A stretch of DNA of 64,000 nt from the human T2T-CHM13v2.0 reference genome, Homo sapiens: NCBI RefSeq assembly GCF_009914755.1, contig NC_060929.1. One strand, written 5' to 3'. Positions 40,441 to 64,000 of the stretch are shown piece by piece (the stretch's first letter is position 1; every line of letters begins with the position of its first letter). A program made the position numbers and the translations under genes. The notes beneath the pieces were generated by a model that was not told where the DNA came from, made no database searches, and saw only the letters and a program-made list of their open reading frames with translations.

Positions 40441-42429
40441 TGGAGGGAAACTGAGGCCCAGGTTAGTTACGTGAGCCGAAAGTCACCAGCTCTTGGAACG
40501 CTTTGGGGGCTCTTGGAACACACCATGCAGGTTTAGGTCACCCCAGACCTTATATTTGTGAATCAGTGAGCGACCGGAACATTCTAGAATCCCCAAGTCA
40601 TCAAAAGTGGCAATTTACATTGCGAAGTCCAAAGCAATGATTGCCAAGTCCAAGTTTTTTCGTGGGGGAACGTCCCTCACCACTTCCAGCCGGGCATCCA
40701 CTTTTCAGAAGCTGTTTGGGTCTCAGTTTCTACTTTCACTCCATTTGCTTGTAAGATTTCAGGAAGCCTCTGGTGGAGTAAGTGTTTGCTCCCAACCTGT
40801 GGCCCATGTTGGAGTGGTGTGGTCTGTGGTCTAGGAAAGGGCTGCCTTTGCTGTACAGAGTGTTCTTTTGGAGCAAGTAATGCTTATTCCGGCATAGGCT
40901 GCACTGGGCTTCTTGAACTAAAAGCAGCAGCTAATGTCCTAGACACCGCTGAACAGAATTCTCTCATTTCATCCTTTGACCAGCCCCAGGAGGTAGAGGT
41001 TGCTTTTCTCTTTAAACAGTTGAGGAAGCAGGTTCAGAGAGGCTGAGGAACCGGACCAGCTTGCACATTGTAAGTGGAAGACAAAAGACTCATTTAGTTA
41101 CCACATTCTGATTACTGGTGATGTCTCTCTTTAATACTTTGTCTTATTACTCGCTTGCGGAGACAGGTGGTGAAGAGAATACAGGATATTTTTGTTGGGT
41201 CTTGTTACCTCAACTTCCAGGGAGCTCTGGGCCGGACTCCACTTTCTGGGAATAGAGTTAGGTGGCCAGTGCTCTCAGACTGGAATCTTCCCTTTGCCAG
41301 CCTTATGAGAGGTCCTGAGTGGCTTGGGGACTGAGGTGGAGTTCTTTTCACTCTACTTGAATAGGAAAATGGGCTCCTTTAAACGATTACCTGGAGTTGG
41401 ATTTCTAAGGCTGAATAGCCCCAGTCCAATGCAAGCCCTTCTATTCAGATTTCTCAGCTCTAGGGGGCAATGGTAAGAGCTGGTGAGATGTATGGAGGGT
41501 TGACTTTGAATATTAAACGTGCGGTTCCTAACAGCTAATGTTTTCGTGTGCCTGCTATGTGCCATGCACTGTGCCAGGTGCTGTGCACGTGTTTTCTCAT
41601 TTGATCCTAAGCCACGAAAAGTTGGTACCCAGAGAGGTCGTGCACCTAGAAATGATGGAGCAGGGGTTGGCATTTTTCTCCACAGAATCCCCTGTGTCTG
41701 TGCAAGAGGTCATCCAGGCACCCCAGAAATGAGACCACAGTTGCTTGCCTTCAATCATTTAGAAAGCCAAGAGGGTCCTTGGTGCGGGTGGATTTTGAGA
41801 GAGAAAGACAGTGGCCTTTGGCTCCTTTGTGCTGCAGCTGTCTGCAGTTCCTCAACTCTGAGGACATTTGTTGATGGATTTCCAGAGCGGACTTCTGTGT
41901 CTCCACCTGTCCTTTTTGCTTTTATAGAATGCCAGTCACTGGGACATCCACATCCTGACACTTGGGAGGGTGAACCATCTCCTTGTTTCCATTCCTCAGA
42001 TGAGGAGCACAGGGCACCAACCTGCTAAGTTGTTGTGGGCACTGAATGGGCTGACTTGAGGCAGAGCAAAGCCACTGAAGTCAGGGTCCCTAGTCCCCGC
42101 CACTCAGTTCTGGGGAAGCTGGAACCATAGGGCAGGTCATCTGATGCCACCTGGTCTGAGTTTCCTGGCCTGTGAAGAACTTTGGTCTAGGTGGTCTATG
42201 AGGGCCCTTCCAACCATTATAGAAAAAATAGCTTCTATTTACTGGTCCCGTTAATAATATTTATTAAACATCCATTACATGCCAGGCACTACTGTTACAG
42301 GCGTTGGAAATACAGTGGTCAACACAAGTTCTGCCTTCTTGGAATTTAGGTGAAGATGCCCGAATAAAATAATTTTATATATATGTAAGTGTATGTATAT
42401 GTGTATATGTCTATACATATATATGTGTA

Positions 42430-42839
42430 CAGTCGTAGGCTGCATAATGATGGTTCAGTTAATGATGGACTGCAGATAACGGCGGTGGTCCATAAGATTA
42501 TAATAGAGCTGAGAAATTTCTGTTGCCTAGTGAGATCATAGCTATCCTAATGTCTTAGCTTAGTGCAGTGCATTACCTTTTCTATGTTTAGATACACAAG
42601 TGTTTATCACTGTGTTACAGTTGCCTACAGTATTCAGTACAGTACCATGCTGTACAGGTTTGTAGCCTAGTAGCAATAGGCTGTACTGTATAGCCTAGGT
42701 GTGTAGTAGGCTATACCATCTAGGTTTAAGTAAGTACACTCTAGCTCTACGATGTTCGCATAACGATGAAATCGCCTAACGAAGCATTTCTCAGAACATT
42801 TCTCAGAACTTACCCCAGTCGTTAGGCGACACGTGAATG
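42430..42839. mobile_element. Tigger3 (Golem)-type non-autonomous TcMar DNA transposon
   Basis: Starts ta|cagtcg...ggtggtccataagattataat, ends cgttaggcgacacgtgaatg|ta; TA duplication. Confidence 0.85.
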
Positions 42840-44487
42840 TATGTGTATATATGTAAAATGTCAAGGAGTACTTTGTTATGGACAAAAATGAAGCATGTAA
42901 GGGGAAATGCAGTGTGTGTGATGGGAGGGCTACTATTTTATTTAGGGTGAGGAAGGCTCACTGATAAGGTAGAAGGGAAGGAGTGAACCAGGCAGCTTCC
43001 TGGGAGAAGCTTACTGTAGGTATTTGAAATGGCAGAGATAAAGACTGGAGATGGGACTGTGTTGCATAGCACTTGCTGTGTGTTGAGCACTGTGCTAAGT
43101 GCTTTGTAGTCTTATATGTTTAATCCTGCTTATCACTGTTTTGTTTTCTTTGAAGTGTGAGACTCAGGTTAAATGATTTACCCAAGGCCACACAGCTAGT
43201 ATGTAGCGAAGGTGATATTCAAATGCTAGTTTTAATCATCATGCTGCTTCCCACTAGGGACTCTCCTTTTTGAGCTGGACCTGGCATTTCATTCATGACC
43301 TGGTTCTTTTGATTTCTTGGGGATTAAACAGCAACAGTGGCCAAGGTGACACCTGGCAACTGAGTTGCATGGTTGACAACAGCTTAGGGCCTGAAGTTCC
43401 TTTTTGTGAGTGGAGGAAGGTGATAAGTTTAATACTGGAAAACCCCATGTTGTGTTTATGGCAGAAGGGGGGAGAAACACCTTTGGATTATTGTAAACAA
43501 GAGAAACGGGAGAACGGGGTAGCCTGAATCCCTCTGTCTCCCCCTCCTTTGTTTTAATTTCCCTAAGATAGTCCCAGCACAGCATGTTGTATTATACAGC
43601 GATAATTAAAACACTTGGATTTGTGAACTGAGATTTATAGGGCAAACAGGAGCCAGAGGAGAAAACGACAGTCATCTCTTTTATTTGCAGGCAGATATCC
43701 AAATTGCCACTTGCTTGCTTTTTCTTCCCGACACTATCACCTACTCTGCTTAATTAGATCCTTTCTTTTCCATATCATTTCCAACTGCCCGCTCTCCCTG
43801 CTGCACTGCAGTTTGTGAAGCCACACACTGAACACTTTCCCACAGCCCAGGGAAGATGTGAGTCAGAAACGCAGCAGCAAACAAGAGCGGAGGAGGGCAC
43901 CTTTGCATCGATCGATCGGGCTGTCCCGCCTGCCTGTCCATCAGCCTCAGGGAGCAGGGACGGGAGGAACCTAACCCAGGGATAAGATGAGAAAGTGCTA
44001 GACATTTTCCAGCCTTCCTAAGACAGTTTTCTACTGAGTGCCCATTTGTTGTGGGGAGTGGAGAGGAGAATGAATTCCCCAAACAGCAGGCCACCCCCAA
44101 ATCACATTGCAGTATCAAATAATATTTTGCTATGTTCAAAACTGTCATTCTAAACTTGAAACAGGGAGGGATGGGGGGCAGTTATGGGGACTGAGATGAA
44201 GAAAATGCTGTCAAATTTAGAATCTAGTAGAAAGGACAGTCAAAAATAGCTAATGAGAATTTTTGGCTAAATTAATTTGTTTTGGGCAAAATATTTATTG
44301 AATACCTTGAGTATTTGCTGATACTATGTGTCAGACATTGTTTTAGGCACTGAGGGGATACAGCAGTGGCCAAACACCAAGAAATCCCTGCCCACATTGA
44401 TTTACATTCTACCTGGGTAAAGGAGGGTTGTGACTGTTAATTTCTTACCAAAGAGCATAGAAACTATGCAGAAAAATGAAGTGAAGG

Positions 44488-53281
<8,794 letters not shown>

Positions 53282-53936
53282 TTCACATATTTTACTTACT
53301 TCCCACTTCCCTCCTTACCTCCCTTCCCTCTTAATTTCTGGCTGGTCAGTGAGCCCAGTAGGGCTATCCTGCTGCAATCACATCTGCAGTGACAGCGTTT
53401 CCCTGCTTCACACTCTGGGCTCCCTGGTGACTGTCCTGCTATGTACGAAGTTCATTGGAGGTGCACACATTAAGGGTGAAAAAATGCTGGGACCTCCTAA
53501 CATACAGGGGAGGTGGGCTAGTGAGGCCACTCTGTATTTGGGCTTTAGAGTCACCCAGCCTGGGTGTTAATCCTGGCCTGTGCCACATTGGCAGTGTGAC
53601 CAAAGGTATGTTATTTAATATATCTGTGCCTCTGATTCTGTATTTGCAAAATGGGGATGAGACCAGTACTTACCTCGTAGAGATGCAGGAAGTTTTAGAA
53701 GCATTAGTTCATGACAGCCCTGGCACTGATAAGTGTTAGGGACTATTATCCAAAACAAACACAAAACATTAGGTCCTACCTTGTTAGTTTTAGAGTTAAT
53801 TGATTTAATTAACTGACAATAAAAACAACTAATAATAACAATAGCTAACATGTGCCTGGCATAGTGCCAAGTACCTTTAATTATTAACTTGTTTAAAAAT
53901 CTGAAGGTACAAGAGGGATATGTCTCCCTCCTACCC

Positions 53937-55036
<1,100 letters not shown>

Positions 55037-55427
55037 GCCCCCATGGTTTCCTCCATGGAAGCAGCCATTATTACCAATACTCTGCGTATCTTTTCAGATA
55101 TCTTCTGTGCAGACGATTATTTAAATATCTTTCTACCCCTTCAGCTTTAAATGTAAGGAAACGGGCTCAGAGAAGTCATATAGTGAATTGTAATAATAGC
55201 TCCTATTCTGTGTGTGAGGCTCTGCCCTGGGCACTGTGTGATTTTGAATCCTGGCTACAACCATGCAGCATGAGACTTATTGTGTAGAATAGATGCTCCA
55301 GGCCTCAGTTTGCCTCAGTGGGTTGACTGAGGATTAAATGAAATAATCCATGTAGAGGGGCTTCTCAGATCCTGGCACATCATAACTGCTGAGTAGGTGA
55401 TGACTGCAGGGGAGGGGAGGATCCGAG

Positions 55428-61429
<6,002 letters not shown>

Positions 61430-62034
61430 TAAATGGTCCTTTCAAAAGAAGACTTCCTGTTAATCGTGGGCTCAGAGTGACACTTTTGATTAACACCAAA
61501 GTAAGAGATGTGGAGCCAAGCCTAATAAGTCTTGCAATAAATTGGATGAAGGTAGACCAATTAATTGTTGTTCTGATTGGCTGAAGGGATCCTGAGATAA
61601 TGACTCTTGTCCTCATTACCCTCTAGTCTTGCCTTCTCCTGGAAGCTTTGGCCCAGATGTTGGAAGAGTAATGTTGATTTTCTTGACATACAGCCCCTCC
61701 ACATTCCATCTTCACTCCCATGCCCCCCTGCATTTAATGTGTTCATTTAATGCATTATTGCACCTCATGTAAATACCCCTGGTACTTTACTTGGGCTGTT
61801 GTTTAAACCACTGTCCCTTCAGGGTCATCCAGTAAAAACCGGACTCAGGCTGCCTTCCATTTGCAGGCACTTTACAATCTCCTAATCTTGTTCCCATTCA
61901 TTATTTTGGTTAACGGGGTGGAGCCTTGTCACTTTAATGCAGGTTGTGCAATATCTCTTTCAAAGTAAAACTAAGCAGGGGCTTAGGAGAGGGTCTGATG
62001 AGGACAATGAGGGTTATCAAAATTTTAATCCCCA

Positions 62035-62338
<304 letters not shown>

Positions 62339-63151
62339 AATCCCCATTTTTAAACCCCAGTGTTTAAACCTTGCTTTGTGAAGTGTAACCTATCACAGTG
62401 AATATAGAAAAATGACATAACAGCTTCTACTTACTGTGTCAGGTCAAAAAGCACCCAAAGTTTCCATGTGTTTTCTCAGTTTTATTCTTGCAGCAAGTTT
62501 AGGGGGTACTTTTTTTTTAAATCTCCCATTATCTCCATAAGGAAGCCGAGGCTCCAGGAGACTAGGTAATGTCCTCAACAATACACGTGTGGAAAGTGGA
62601 AAATGGATTTCTCAACCAGGTTTGTGTATCTGTCTGCAATTCCCAGTGCTGAGCCTCTCAATGGATGAAATAATTGAGAAAAGAAAAAAAGTGTAACTCA
62701 AAAACCACCCCCCTAATAGATAGTAGTACTCATATACCATCTCCCTAACATACTGTTAGCAATTTAGGTTTATTTCCTTTGTGTTATGTATCTAAACAAA
62801 ATGAAATTTAAAAAAACAACTTGGTAACTAGAGGATATGTAAAATGTTTATATCCTGTTTTGATTTTTTTTTGTCCTACTAACATTGTCATCGTAACCAT
62901 CTTCCTTATTGCTTCGTGTCATCATTTTAAATGGTTGCACTCTATTTAGAGAGTGGTGGCCTTGGGGGAGAGATTCCTAGATGTGGAAATTGGTAGGTCC
63001 AAGAGTATAAATGTTTTTATGGTTTTTGATACACATTGCTAAATTGCTTTCTAAAAGATCTATTTTAATTTGCACTTCAATCAACAATTTTGAGAGTGTC
63101 ATTTTCATCACATTCTTGCTGGCATTAGTTATTGTTAGAAAACGAAACCAA

Positions 63152-64000
<849 letters not shown>

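Overview
Human (primate) genomic DNA, very Alu-rich and almost entirely non-coding. From recalled sequence I recognise the 5' half of the SPRY4 locus (5q31.3, minus strand): the intronic lncRNA SPRY4-IT1 (~231-933), a 51-nt alternative exon encoding the long-isoform N-terminus MLSPLPT-G (2355-2405), and non-coding exon 1 (~7455-7655) in a CpG-island promoter. The main coding exon lies left of the window. The remaining ~56 kb is upstream territory, probably transcribed on the plus strand as SPRY4-AS1. It holds a second orphan CpG island (~39.6-40.4 kb), AP-1/ETS enhancer-like patches, a 1.6-kb structured AT-rich minisatellite, an Alu-fragmented L1, LTR and DNA-transposon fossils, and about 60 Alus including a young AluYb. 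Only 22 nt are credibly protein-coding; the supplied ORFs are Alu/L1-derived or chance. I cannot demonstrate a new biological system. The best leads are a splice-assembled uORF whose stop overlaps the long-isoform start (UGAUG), a phased T-tract-ATGAATGG (Capicua-like/TATA-like) array at the promoter, and signs that the SPRY4-IT1 3' end reflects internal oligo-dT priming. Gene identities come from memory, not a database search; repeat boundaries are approximate.
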